Source: Ignicoccus pacificus DSM 13166
Lineage (GTDB): Archaea > Thermoproteota > Thermoprotei_A > Sulfolobales > Ignicoccaceae
Assembly: GCA_025340205.1 (NCBI GenBank)
Contig: CP006868.1
Location: forward strand, 240,001-272,000
DNA length: 32,000 nt
Direction: 5' to 3'
The number at the start of each line of letters is the position of its first letter. The first letter of the stretch is position 1. The notes below the pieces were generated by a model that was not told the DNA's origin, ran no database searches, and worked only from the letters and a program-made list of their open reading frames with translations. Below are positions 8,115 to 16,826 of this stretch, in pieces. A program made the translations under genes and the position numbers.

Positions 8115-9337
8115 GCGCTTTTTTGGAGGGCCTCGAACTCTCTTGAGGACCTCTTCTCCTCCCTTTTCTCTAATACCTCTTCTACTATCTTCCTGAAGGT
8201 GTCCTCATCTACCCTCACTCCCATGTCTCCTAACCTCTTCACTTCCTTGAGGACTGCTAGGACGATATCTGGCTCTGTAGGATACCCTAGGACCTTTAGG
8301 GCGTGCTCCACTCCGTGTCTTCCGCTGTGCTTTCCTAGAACTATCCTCCTCCTCTGACCCACCATTTCCGGCCTTATCGGCTCGTAGGTGAACGGGTTGT
8401 TGATTATTCCGTGCACGTGAATGCCACTTTCATGAGCGAAGGCGTTAGCTCCCACTATCGGCTTGTTGGGAGGTATCGGTATTCCGGAGAGCTTGGATAC
8501 GAGTAAGCTCGTCTCGTAGAGCAGCTCCGTCTTTATTCCGGTGTTCACGTGGAGGAGGAACTCTAGGGCCGCCACGACCTCTTCCAAGGCGGCGTTGCCA
8601 GCCCTTTCCCCTATTCCGTTGACCGTTACGTGAGCTTGCTGGGCTCCAGCTTCTATTCCCGCTATGGAGTTGGCCACCGCTAATCCGAAGTCGTTGTGAC
8701 AGTGGACGCTCACTATCCTTCCTTGAGCGGCTGGGAGTACGTGCTTGGTTAGGTACTTCATCCTGGTGGGTGTCATGACTCCTACGGTATCTGGGATGTC
8801 TATCCTATCTGCTCCAGCGTCGGTAACTGCCTTCACTACTTGATATAGGTAATCTAGGTCTGCTCTGGTAGCGTCCTCGGGGCTGAACTCGACAGTTACT
8901 CCATGACTCTTGGCGTATTCTACTGCCTCTACGGCCGCCCTGAGAGCCTCCTCCCTGGTCATCCTGAGCTTGTACTTTAAGTGAATGTCAGATGCCGCTA
9001 TGAAGACGTGAATAGCGTCTACGTCGGCGTCCAATGCCTTATCTATGTCCTTCTTCGTGGATCTTGCCAGTCCCACTATCTCCGGCCCAAGCCTTTCCCT
9101 CGCTATTGCTCTTACATTTTCGAACTCTCCAGCTGAGGAGGCGGGGAAGCCCGCCTCTATGCTCGCCACTCCCAGCTTCGCCAGCTGTCTCGCTATCTGT
9201 AGCTTCTGTTCCTTGGTGAAGCTTATTCCCGGGGTCTGCTCCCCGTCCCTTAACGTCGTGTCGAAAATTCTCACTCTTTTGGGTAGAGACTCTATCTCAG
9301 CCAGCACCCTACTCCCTTCAACAATAAGCAACACCAC
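8111..9337 (-). CDS. 2-isopropylmalate/homocitrate/citramalate synthase family enzyme (HMGL-like DRE-TIM), short form
   Basis: RIFDTTLRDGEQTPGISF and HCHNDFGLAVANS..HVTVNGIGERAGNA are present. At about 400 aa there is no room for the C-terminal LeuA regulatory domain. The start is uncertain (GTG 9337, GTG 9334 or TTG 9331). Confidence 0.85.
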   Translation of the reverse strand: MVLLIVEGSRVLAEIESLPKRVRIFDTTLRDGEQTPGISFTKEQKLQIARQLAKLGVASIEAGFPASSAGEFENVRAIARERLGPEIVGLARSTKKDIDKALDADVDAIHVFIAASDIHLKYKLRMTREEALRAAVEAVEYAKSHGVTVEFSPEDATRADLDYLYQVVKAVTDAGADRIDIPDTVGVMTPTRMKYLTKHVLPAAQGRIVSVHCHNDFGLAVANSIAGIEAGAQQAHVTVNGIGERAGNAALEEVVAALEFLLHVNTGIKTELLYETSLLVSKLSGIPIPPNKPIVGANAFAHESGIHVHGIINNPFTYEPIRPEMVGQRRRIVLGKHSGRHGVEHALKVLGYPTEPDIVLAVLKEVKRLGDMGVRVDEDTFRKIVEEVLEKREEKRSSREFEALQKSA

Positions 9338-9356
9338 AGTTTGCGCTCCGGTTAGG

Positions 9357-9363
9357 TATATAA
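9357..9363 (-). promoter_or_regulatory. TATA-like box (TTATATA on the minus strand) upstream of the synthase gene
   Basis: It lies about 20-25 nt upstream of the candidate start codons, in the 36-nt gap after the hel308 stop. Confidence 0.3.
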
Positions 9364-9373
9364 GAAGCTAGCC

Positions 9374-11458
9374 CTACCCGAAAAAGCTCCTAAGCGTAAC
9401 TTCCTTCTTCCCTTGGATTTCCATCAATACTCTCTTAGCTACCTTAGGACCTAAGATGGAGGCCAACCTCCTCTCTCCTGCTTGAATCAAGTCATCCTTG
9501 CTCCTTATCCCGCTCTCCCACAGCTTCCTGGCCCTCGACCTTCCTATGTAGGGTATGGAAACCAGCTCTACTAGTTCCTCCCTAACCCCATACTTCATCC
9601 TGAGCTCGAGCTTGGCTAAGGACTCCGCGTGGATCTTCATTCCCTTAAACGAGGCGAGCTCAGAATAGGCGTGAACTAACCAAGCAGCGGTATCTGCGAA
9701 GACCCTCACGTCTCCAGGGTAAACCGAATACTTCTTAGCTATCTCATCTTCCGGAACCTCATCAGCCCAATCCTTCAATATCAAGGCAGTTTTCAAGGCG
9801 CTTAGGAACAGTTCCTCATCCTCGAACTCCTCTATGTTCATAGCTATTAGATCAACCTCAAGTTCTTGATAAACTTCATACAATCTTTTGAACTCGTTAC
9901 TTCTAAGAGACCTCTTAGGCATGTCAGGGGTTAGGGAGATCAAGTGGAGGTAGCCTAAAGCGCTTCCCTTACCCTTCCTCCTCTTCAAGTACTTTAGCAC
10001 AATCTTAACTCCCAACGGATCCACATAGACCAATGATATCTTCCTTCCGAACTCGGTTATTCTAGCTTCCTTGTCTAAAGCTCCTAACTTTACGAGGAAC
10101 CTCACAGCTCTGTCCATTTCCTCTAGGGCGTCCCTAGGGTTCCCCACTTGTTGAGCGTAAAGGGTATCCTCGATGAACTCCTTTAGCTCCTCGTAGTTCC
10201 TTGCGAACCCGCTAGCTAGGAGCCCCAAAACGGTTCTCCTTAGGGCTCGAGGGGAGACCAAGGAGCTTATCACGCTTTCCGGCTTACCCTTTACGTATCT
10301 TTCGAAGACCTCGTCCACGTCGTCCCTCGTCACTAGGACTGAGGTCCCGTGCTCATCTAAGCCGGGCCTTCCAGCCCTCCCGGCCATCTGCTTGTACTCC
10401 GCCACCTTAATCGGAACCCTACCGAACCTCTCGAAGCGGTAGTGGTCCTCTATTATGACGGTCCTGGCAGGAAGGTTGACTCCGGCCGCTAGGGTAGGAG
10501 TTGCGGCTAAGAACCTTATCGCTCCGGCCCTAAAGGCCTCCTCGACCACCTCCCTAGCCTCGTTCGTGAGACCGGCGTGGTGGAAGCCGGCACCTCTCCT
10601 AATCAGGGAGGCGAGCCTTTCTCCCAGCTCCCCCTCGACCTCTATCTTGGCCCTCTCCGCCCAGTACTCCCCCTTTTTGGTCACCGGAAGCCTTTCTGCC
10701 ACCCTCTTAGCAGCTCTCTCAGCGTTCCTCCTGGTTGTAGCAAAGTAGAGAACCTGACCTTTCTTCAAAAAGTGTAAGGCAGCGTCTATCGGTGCCGAAC
10801 CGGTTACCCTGGGTATCTCCTCCTCCGAGTCCTCGAACCATACCACGTATTCCCTGTTTTCCATTACCCCTTCCTTGAGGGGAACGGGTCTCCAGCTATC
10901 CGTAACTAACTCCGCTCCCAGCCAGTCCGCTATCTCCCCCAGGTTGCCTACGGTCGCCGAAAGCGCTATCATCTGGAAGCCCTTTCTCTTAAGCTGGGTT
11001 ACTATGGTCTCGAGCACTGGCCCTCTCTCCTCGTCTCCCACATAATGTACTTCATCGATCACTACGACTCCCACTTCCCTAAGCCAAGGGGAGGAGTGTC
11101 TTAGGAGGGAGTCCATTCTCTCATACGTCGCTACCAGCACTTCAGCATCTTCTACTTTAGGACTATGGTAATCACCAACGCTCGCCTCTACCTTGTAACC
11201 CTCAAACGCCTCCCTCAGACCCTTCACCTTTTCAAATGCCAAACTCCTAAGCGGAACTAGGTAAATCGCCTTCTTCCCCTCGAATAAAGCGTTCGCTATC
11301 GCCATTTCCGCCACTAGCGTCTTTCCCGATCCCGTGGGGGCCGATACGAGGAGTGACCTCCCCTCGAACAACCCCCTCTCAATCGCCTTCCTCTGTATCG
11401 GATAGAGCTCCTCTATTCCTCTGCTCCTCAGCCACTCCTCCACGTCCCTGGGAATCAA
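9374..11458 (-). CDS. hel308: Ski2-like ATP-dependent DNA helicase Hel308/Hjm
   Basis: The 694-aa product has LYPIQ (Q motif), APTGSGKT, DEVHYVGD, LSATVGN, HHAGL and QMAGRAGRPG. The C-terminal winged-helix/ratchet/HhH region has the length typical of Hel308. Confidence 0.9.
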   Translation of the reverse strand: MIPRDVEEWLRSRGIEELYPIQRKAIERGLFEGRSLLVSAPTGSGKTLVAEMAIANALFEGKKAIYLVPLRSLAFEKVKGLREAFEGYKVEASVGDYHSPKVEDAEVLVATYERMDSLLRHSSPWLREVGVVVIDEVHYVGDEERGPVLETIVTQLKRKGFQMIALSATVGNLGEIADWLGAELVTDSWRPVPLKEGVMENREYVVWFEDSEEEIPRVTGSAPIDAALHFLKKGQVLYFATTRRNAERAAKRVAERLPVTKKGEYWAERAKIEVEGELGERLASLIRRGAGFHHAGLTNEAREVVEEAFRAGAIRFLAATPTLAAGVNLPARTVIIEDHYRFERFGRVPIKVAEYKQMAGRAGRPGLDEHGTSVLVTRDDVDEVFERYVKGKPESVISSLVSPRALRRTVLGLLASGFARNYEELKEFIEDTLYAQQVGNPRDALEEMDRAVRFLVKLGALDKEARITEFGRKISLVYVDPLGVKIVLKYLKRRKGKGSALGYLHLISLTPDMPKRSLRSNEFKRLYEVYQELEVDLIAMNIEEFEDEELFLSALKTALILKDWADEVPEDEIAKKYSVYPGDVRVFADTAAWLVHAYSELASFKGMKIHAESLAKLELRMKYGVREELVELVSIPYIGRSRARKLWESGIRSKDDLIQAGERRLASILGPKVAKRVLMEIQGKKEVTLRSFFG

Positions 11459-11544
11459 ACCTCCTTGACCGCTTCACCGAGACAGGTATCCTATTAGAAC
11501 AGAGCCCCTTTTGACCTCCTTTCGGAAAGCCTTACTGAAGAAAG

Positions 11545-12576
11545 ATGGAAGACAAGCTCCGTAGACTCTTCGAAAGGGCGAGCGTCACCAAGGGAGGAGG
11601 GATACTTCTCGGGAGGAGCGTCGTCGCCGACGGCTTCTGGCCTAGGAGGAAGGCGAGGATAGTAACCCATGCTCACTCCGACCATACCATTGACATAAGC
11701 AAGAGCATGAGCGCTCAAGGCTACATAGCTGCAACTCCCGTAACGTTTACTATGATGAAGTACTTGGGTCACAGCGTTCCTAGGGCGAAGAGGAAGGAGG
11801 TAGAGCCGGGCAGCTGCTTCAAAATAGATGACGAGAGGATATGCTTCATTCGAGCCGAGCACATTCCCGGATCCGTCCAAGTTCTTGTAGAGAACGAGAA
11901 CGGCTTCAGAGTGCTCTACACTGGAGATTTCAAGAACCCGGGCTCGGGAACTCCAATAGTAGAGGACCTAGACGTGCTAATCGTAGATGCCACCTATGGC
12001 GATCCGAGGTACGTGAGACCAAGCGAGGCCGAGGTGGAGGAGGCCCTTGTGGACATTATAGAACAGGCTTTGTCGAGAGGCGAGCCGGTGAAGATCTACG
12101 CCTATTATGGGAAGATCCAAGAGGTCATGCAACTCCTAAGGAGGTATGGGATAGACGTACCTTTCTTGGCTTCCGGCAAGATCTTTTGGATGAGTAAGGC
12201 ATTGGAGGCTCACGGTTACTGCTTCGGGGACCTCTACAACTTGAGCTCTCAGGAAGGGAAGGAGATCTTGAAAGGCGACCACATTCATTTCGTCCACTTC
12301 AACAGATTTTCGAAGGATAGAGACGGCAACTACGTGAGGATAAAGCTGGATGGATGGTTGGCCAACAAGGCCTTCCAGAAGATAGGCAGGAAGGACTGGA
12401 TAGTCGCTTTCAGCGATCATGCTGATTACAACGGTACTATGAGATATGTTATGGAAAGTAAGGCGAAGATAGTGATAGTTGATGGCTATAGATCCAGCTT
12501 CGCGAAGGCCTTTGCCTCAAAATTGAGAGTTAGGGGAGTTCACGCGTTTGCCATGCCTACTTTATTAGGATTGTGA
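11545..12576 (+). CDS. Metallo-beta-lactamase fold nuclease, beta-CASP-like
   Basis: THAHSDH (HxHxDH), AEHIPGS, YTGDF, VDATYG and the C-terminal FSDHADYNG follow the order of MBL plus beta-CASP motifs. Confidence 0.65.
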   Translation: MEDKLRRLFERASVTKGGGILLGRSVVADGFWPRRKARIVTHAHSDHTIDISKSMSAQGYIAATPVTFTMMKYLGHSVPRAKRKEVEPGSCFKIDDERICFIRAEHIPGSVQVLVENENGFRVLYTGDFKNPGSGTPIVEDLDVLIVDATYGDPRYVRPSEAEVEEALVDIIEQALSRGEPVKIYAYYGKIQEVMQLLRRYGIDVPFLASGKIFWMSKALEAHGYCFGDLYNLSSQEGKEILKGDHIHFVHFNRFSKDRDGNYVRIKLDGWLANKAFQKIGRKDWIVAFSDHADYNGTMRYVMESKAKIVIVDGYRSSFAKAFASKLRVRGVHAFAMPTLLGL

Positions 12577-13645
12577 CCAAGGTCAAGGCTTGGGCGGAGA
12601 GAACGTCGTTCAAGCTTGACAGTACCGGAATAGTTATGAGGTCTGGATCCCAGCCTCTCTTGAAGCTTTCCGAGGTAACTAGGATGGAAAGTATCGGCGT
12701 AACTATCCTTAGTATCAGCGTAGCTGTGAGAGCCCATATCAGAGGCTTGAAGGAGTAATGCAAGAAGAACAAAGAAGAACCTAATACCAAGGTAAGGGCA
12801 CTTACTACGGTGAAGGTTATTCTGCCCCAAATCACGTATACCTTCTTGCTTCTGAACATCTTATCGTACTCGACCTCACCTAAGCTTAGCGCCGTTCCCA
12901 GCCAAGAGGTGAAGTTCATCGAGGCGGATCCGTTTAAGGCCATAGTTATGGGAGCTATGAAGAGCAGAGCTGGGTTGCTCTGAGCGTTTCCGGCTACTAG
13001 GATGAATCCGGCTACGGTGGATATGGTGGACGCTATCAAGGTAGAGGCCATGAACTCCTTGTAACTCTTCAGATCCTTCGCTCTCACGTACTTTATGCTC
13101 GTAAGGGTGACGTAGAGCATCATCAATATAGGAATTATAGCTACAGGGTTGAACGTTATGAGCAATGAGGCAGCGCTCGTTATGTCGGCTATTATAGTTG
13201 TTAAGGAAACTACTACCAAGTCCACGTTAAGACCTTTTATGAAGGCTAAGTAGCAAGCGTAGGCGCTGAAGGGTACCAGAACGGTAAGCGTGATGCCTCT
13301 GGAAACCAAGAAGTAGAGGAGGGAACCCAAGGGATTGCCTACGATGGAGGTAAGAGCTATTACGTACAACCCCCCAATTATCCCCAATATGACAGCCACG
13401 TGAGTTACCTTGGAGTTGAGGAGCTCCTTAGCGCTCGACGCCTCACCCGTATAGAGCATGGTGGAATACTTAGCGGCTAAGGAGCCGTAAACTGCGCCTC
13501 TGTCCTCCGCTAGGCCGGGAAGGGCGGCTAGGATGCTGGGATGGGAGCTGAGGATGGGGGAGGCTAGCGCCCATAAGTAGCCGGACACTATCTCCCCGTA
13601 TCCTTGAATGATCATGCTCAAGAGCTCTACTAGTAGATTTCTCAC
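12557..13645 (-). CDS. MgtE/SLC41-like divalent cation transporter membrane protein (two-repeat architecture)
   Basis: The protein is polytopic. Two internal repeats (LPGLAEDRGAVYGSLAAKYSTMLYTGE and APITMALNGSASMNFTSWLGTALSLGE) resemble the P.i.G.GGN....S R.sT motif. The C-terminal WDPDLITIPVLSSLNDVLS resembles the MgtE PDN..P...D motif. Confidence 0.55.
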   Translation of the reverse strand: MRNLLVELLSMIIQGYGEIVSGYLWALASPILSSHPSILAALPGLAEDRGAVYGSLAAKYSTMLYTGEASSAKELLNSKVTHVAVILGIIGGLYVIALTSIVGNPLGSLLYFLVSRGITLTVLVPFSAYACYLAFIKGLNVDLVVVSLTTIIADITSAASLLITFNPVAIIPILMMLYVTLTSIKYVRAKDLKSYKEFMASTLIASTISTVAGFILVAGNAQSNPALLFIAPITMALNGSASMNFTSWLGTALSLGEVEYDKMFRSKKVYVIWGRITFTVVSALTLVLGSSLFFLHYSFKPLIWALTATLILRIVTPILSILVTSESFKRGWDPDLITIPVLSSLNDVLSAQALTLVTILIK

Positions 13646-13703
13646 TGTCCCCTAGGACGGGGAGGCTTGGGCTTAGGATAAAGCTTTCTCTCTTCAAAAA
13701 ACA

Positions 13704-14036
13704 TTAAGATATCTGCTTGTAATAATCCCTTATCTTTATGTTCTTCTCGACAGGTAGCACTATGATCCTTCCGTCTCCGGGCTCTCCGGTGTAAGCTCCC
13801 TTGGTTATCGCCTTTATCGCGTCCTCCACCTTGTCGTCGTCCAGTACTAACTCTAACTGGATCTTGGGGAGGAGATCTATCCTGACCGGCAGACCTCTGT
13901 ACCTTATTTCTATTCCCTTTTGGCTGCCTCTTCCCTTTACCTCGACCACGGTCATTGGGTATATTCCAACCTTCTCGAGTTCAGCTTTTACGTCATCCAG
14001 CTTTTCAGGCCTTATGAATGCAATTACCATCTTCAT
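13704..14036 (-). CDS. glnK: Nitrogen regulatory protein P-II (GlnK/GlnB)
   Basis: MKMVIAFIRPEKLDDVKAELEKVGIYPMTVVEVKGRGSQKG includes a T-loop. It lies immediately downstream of amt. A GGGGGTGAGG SD-like sequence precedes the ATG at 14036 (the ORF track starts at GTG 14045). Confidence 0.9.
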   Translation of the reverse strand: MKMVIAFIRPEKLDDVKAELEKVGIYPMTVVEVKGRGSQKGIEIRYRGLPVRIDLLPKIQLELVLDDDKVEDAIKAITKGAYTGEPGDGRIIVLPVEKNIKIRDYYKQIS

Positions 14037-14049
14037 ATTCCTCACCCCC

Positions 14050-15315
14050 TTACATCACATAGGCCTCCTCGTTGAGCTCAGGTAGGTCTAGGCCTACCTT
14101 CTCCACTTGCTCGGGCACCCTCCAGCCTATTACCGCATCGACGAACTTCGCTATTATGAGCGTCATTACCATAGCATACACTATGGAAGCCACGCTTCCC
14201 ACTATCTGGGGTACTAGCTGCCACGGGTTGCCGAAGAGCAGACCGGCCTTTCCGGCAACTACCGGGTTGGCGAATATTCCAGTAGCTATTGATCCCCATA
14301 GACCGCTCATTCCGTGGACCGCCCAAGCGTCTAGGGTCTCGTCCCATCCCTTCTTCACTCTGAAGTTAACCATGTAGTAGCTGAATATTCCGGCGATCGC
14401 TCCGATTACCATTGCGGATATCGGGTCGACGTAGCCAGCAGCCGGGGTAATCGCTACCAGTCCGGCCACCACTCCGGAGGCGAAGGCGACGGAGCTGAAC
14501 CTACCTCCGCTATCCCTAGCGGCTATGAACATCCAAGCGAGTCCTCCAGCGGCGCTGGCAGCGGCGGTAGCTAACCAAGCGTTGGCGGCATCTATGTTAG
14601 CGGCTACGGCGCTTCCGGCGTTGAAGCCGAGCCAACCGAACCAGAGTATTCCGGTTCCCAGTAGCACCAAAGGTATGTTGTGAGGCAGAGGCTCTACACC
14701 CTTACAGAACTTCCTCTTGCCTATTACGAAGCTCAGCGCCAGAGCAGAGAATCCGCTGGCTATGTGGACTACCATTCCTCCTGCGAAGTCCAGAGCTCCC
14801 AGGGAGGCCAGCCAACCACCTCCCCAGACCCAGTGGGCTATTACGCTGTAGACCAATAGCACCCATAGAGCAGAGAAGAGCATCCAAGCGTCTATCCTCC
14901 CCCTCTCAGCTATAGTAGAGGCGATTATCGCGGTAGCTATGGCGGCGAACACTCCTTGGAAGCCCACGTATATCAAGCTGGGAACGTGAGTACCGGGCCA
15001 CACCTTTGGCAAGAGGGTCGGATAAGCGCCGAAGTACTGGAAGGGGTTGCCTACGAAGCCGGCTATGCTGGCCCCAAAGGCCTCACTGAAGCCCAAGAGT
15101 ATCCATAGGATCAAGGCTACGGCGAAGGCACTGAGGACGTGTAGGGCGGTGCTCAATACGTTCTTGGACCTCACCAGTCCTCCGTAGAAGAGCGCCAGTC
15201 CGGGAGCGGTCATGAACAGCACCATTGATGAGGCAGAGAGTAGCCAAGCTGTATCTCCAGGGTTCACGACTGCCCCGCTCACTTTGTTCACCAAACACCC
15301 AGAAAATCTGAACAA
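14050..15315 (-). CDS. amt: Ammonium transporter (Amt family)
   Basis: The ORF has 11-12 TM segments, GDTAWLL near the N-terminus, DFAGGMVVHI and WGGGW-type motifs. The true start is probably one of the downstream GTG codons (VNKVSG...). Confidence 0.92.
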   Translation of the reverse strand: MFRFSGCLVNKVSGAVVNPGDTAWLLSASSMVLFMTAPGLALFYGGLVRSKNVLSTALHVLSAFAVALILWILLGFSEAFGASIAGFVGNPFQYFGAYPTLLPKVWPGTHVPSLIYVGFQGVFAAIATAIIASTIAERGRIDAWMLFSALWVLLVYSVIAHWVWGGGWLASLGALDFAGGMVVHIASGFSALALSFVIGKRKFCKGVEPLPHNIPLVLLGTGILWFGWLGFNAGSAVAANIDAANAWLATAAASAAGGLAWMFIAARDSGGRFSSVAFASGVVAGLVAITPAAGYVDPISAMVIGAIAGIFSYYMVNFRVKKGWDETLDAWAVHGMSGLWGSIATGIFANPVVAGKAGLLFGNPWQLVPQIVGSVASIVYAMVMTLIIAKFVDAVIGWRVPEQVEKVGLDLPELNEEAYVM

Positions 15316-15414
15316 TGTATTGAACTTTCCCCGCGTCTACAGAGACAATGATTAGAAATGATGGAGGTTAGATGAACAATGTATGCACAATTAAAAGAGG
15401 CTTGAACCGAGTGG

Positions 15415-15651
15415 TTACGCGGTCCTCATTTCCTTCTTTGAGACTTGCTGGGCGAACCTCTCTTGCAGCACAAAAGCCGGACAAGCTCTCGACTCAGGGT
15501 GGATAGTGACTGTGTGGTACTTGCAGTACATGAGCTCTATGTACTTACAGTACTTGCATTTCCTTAGGTAGAGGGGGACCCTTCCCTTCTTCTCCTTCTT
15601 GGCAAAGGATTTCTCTAGGGACTCCTTTAGCTTGCTGAAGTCGAGCTTCAC
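15415..15651 (-). CDS. Small basic Cys-containing protein (CxxC...C...C), function unknown
   Basis: The GTG start overlaps the upstream gene's stop (GTGA at 15648-15651). The Cys pattern is CKYCKYIELMYCKYH...RACP. Confidence 0.45.
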   Translation of the reverse strand: MKLDFSKLKESLEKSFAKKEKKGRVPLYLRKCKYCKYIELMYCKYHTVTIHPESRACPAFVLQERFAQQVSKKEMRTA

Positions 15652-16328
15652 TTGCCCTCCTCACCCCCTAGCTCCAGTAAGGTGTCTACCGCCTCTTTAG
15701 CGGATTGTAGGAGGAGGTCGTAGTACTTACTGGACTTCTCGTGCACAGTACTCCTCTCCACGCCTTTGGCCAAGTTGGCGTCGACTATATCAACGACCAA
15801 GCATCTCATCTTTCCTCTGCAGATACCGTATACGTGGGCGGAAGACCTATCGATCAAGTCTATCTCCATGCTTCTTAAGGTATTCAGGGAGAGAGTTATC
15901 TCTGCTAGAGGGAAGTAAGTAGTGGCTGCGAAGGCCTCCGAGGAAGTGGAGAGGAGTTCTATTGCCTTCTTGTACATCTCGTAGTCGGCAACAGTGGGGG
16001 GCTTTGGACCCAAGCGGACCTCGGGGTAAAAGGTCGAGGCGTAAACGGGTAAGGCTGTTCCCACGGTAAGCCTGCTTACGATGGAAGCGGCTGTGTCTAT
16101 AACAACTGCCTTCCTCACGCCTCTAGCCTTCAGAAAATATAACATTTCGAGGAGGTAAGGACCGCTGTAGGTCTTTACCACTAGGTTATCTTGGTACTGA
16201 ACGAGTTCTCCGTAGGGGGAGGAGCAGATCTCCTCGCCGTCGACGACGCTGTGGAGATGAGGATCGGCGATTATGACAGAGAACCTCCACTTCAAACCTT
16301 CGCACTCCGCTATCATCCTGGGGATCAC
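15648..16328 (-). CDS. Divergent PNP_UDP_1-fold protein (nucleoside phosphorylase / MTA nucleosidase / futalosine hydrolase-like)
   Basis: By eye the layout parallels DeoD/MTAN. VIIADPHL matches the GDP-loop region, GVRKAVVIDTAASIVSRLTVGTAL matches the G.aG...l..GD region, and IDLIDRSSAHVYGICRG matches the vEME.aa region. Confidence 0.45.
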   Translation of the reverse strand: MIPRMIAECEGLKWRFSVIIADPHLHSVVDGEEICSSPYGELVQYQDNLVVKTYSGPYLLEMLYFLKARGVRKAVVIDTAASIVSRLTVGTALPVYASTFYPEVRLGPKPPTVADYEMYKKAIELLSTSSEAFAATTYFPLAEITLSLNTLRSMEIDLIDRSSAHVYGICRGKMRCLVVDIVDANLAKGVERSTVHEKSSKYYDLLLQSAKEAVDTLLELGGEEGK

Positions 16329-16405
16329 CTTCTACCGTGATCGAAGAACTGGGGGTAGTAGGGATATAAGGAGTTACGGGGCATGAGCTAGCGAAGGGAT
16401 CCACC

Positions 16406-16807
16406 ATGCTGTCCAACAGAGAGCTTCTGAGGTTCAAGGCCCAAGAGAACACCGACAACGTCAAGGTCTACGGCAAGCACGTCTACGGCAACTTGTACAA
16501 CTGCAACCCCAAGAAGCTCAGCGACCCGGAGTACCTTAAGAAGGTAGTGATAGAGGCGGCGAAGATAGGAAACATGACTCTGCTGGACGTCAAGGCTTGG
16601 AAGATAGGAGAGGGAGTTAGCGTGGTGGGGATAGTTCTGGAGAGTCACATTACCATTCACACTTGGCCTGAGTTCAGCTTCGCCACGGTAGACGTCTACT
16701 CTTGTGGGGCGCACACCGATCCAGAGAAGGCCTTCGAGTACATAGTGAAGGCGCTGGAGGCTAAGAAGGTAGTGAGGGGCGGAGTGGACCGCTCCATGTA
16801 CGTATAG
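16406..16807 (+). CDS. speH: Pyruvoyl-dependent decarboxylase proenzyme of the SpeH/AdoMetDC family (AdoMet or arginine decarboxylase)
   Basis: [10 protein letters not shown] and [29 protein letters not shown] are present. The E-S self-cleavage site and the TIHTWPE signature are intact. Confidence 0.88.
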   Translation: MLSNRELLRFKAQENTDNVKVYGKHVYGNLYNCNPKKLSDPEYLKKVVIEAAKIGNMTLLDVKAWKIGEGVSVVGIVLESHITIHTWPEFSFATVDVYSCGAHTDPEKAFEYIVKALEAKKVVRGGVDRSMYV

Positions 16808-16826
16808 GGCCCTTCAAAAGATGTTT

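Noticed and set aside
15341-15370. Shared 9-10-mers (GAGACAATG, ATGATTAGA) between the amt upstream region and the aIF1A upstream region (22201-22230)
   Set aside because: The shared words are in permuted order, and 9-10-mer coincidences are expected many times over in a window of this size.
15310-15384. An 11-nt direct repeat, GAACAATGTAT, at 15310-15320 and 15374-15384 upstream of amt, as a possible nitrogen-regulator operator
   Set aside because: A rough expectation is that about one 11-mer direct repeat within 100 nt occurs by chance somewhere in a 32-kb window. It has no dyad symmetry and no resemblance to known NrpR-type sites.
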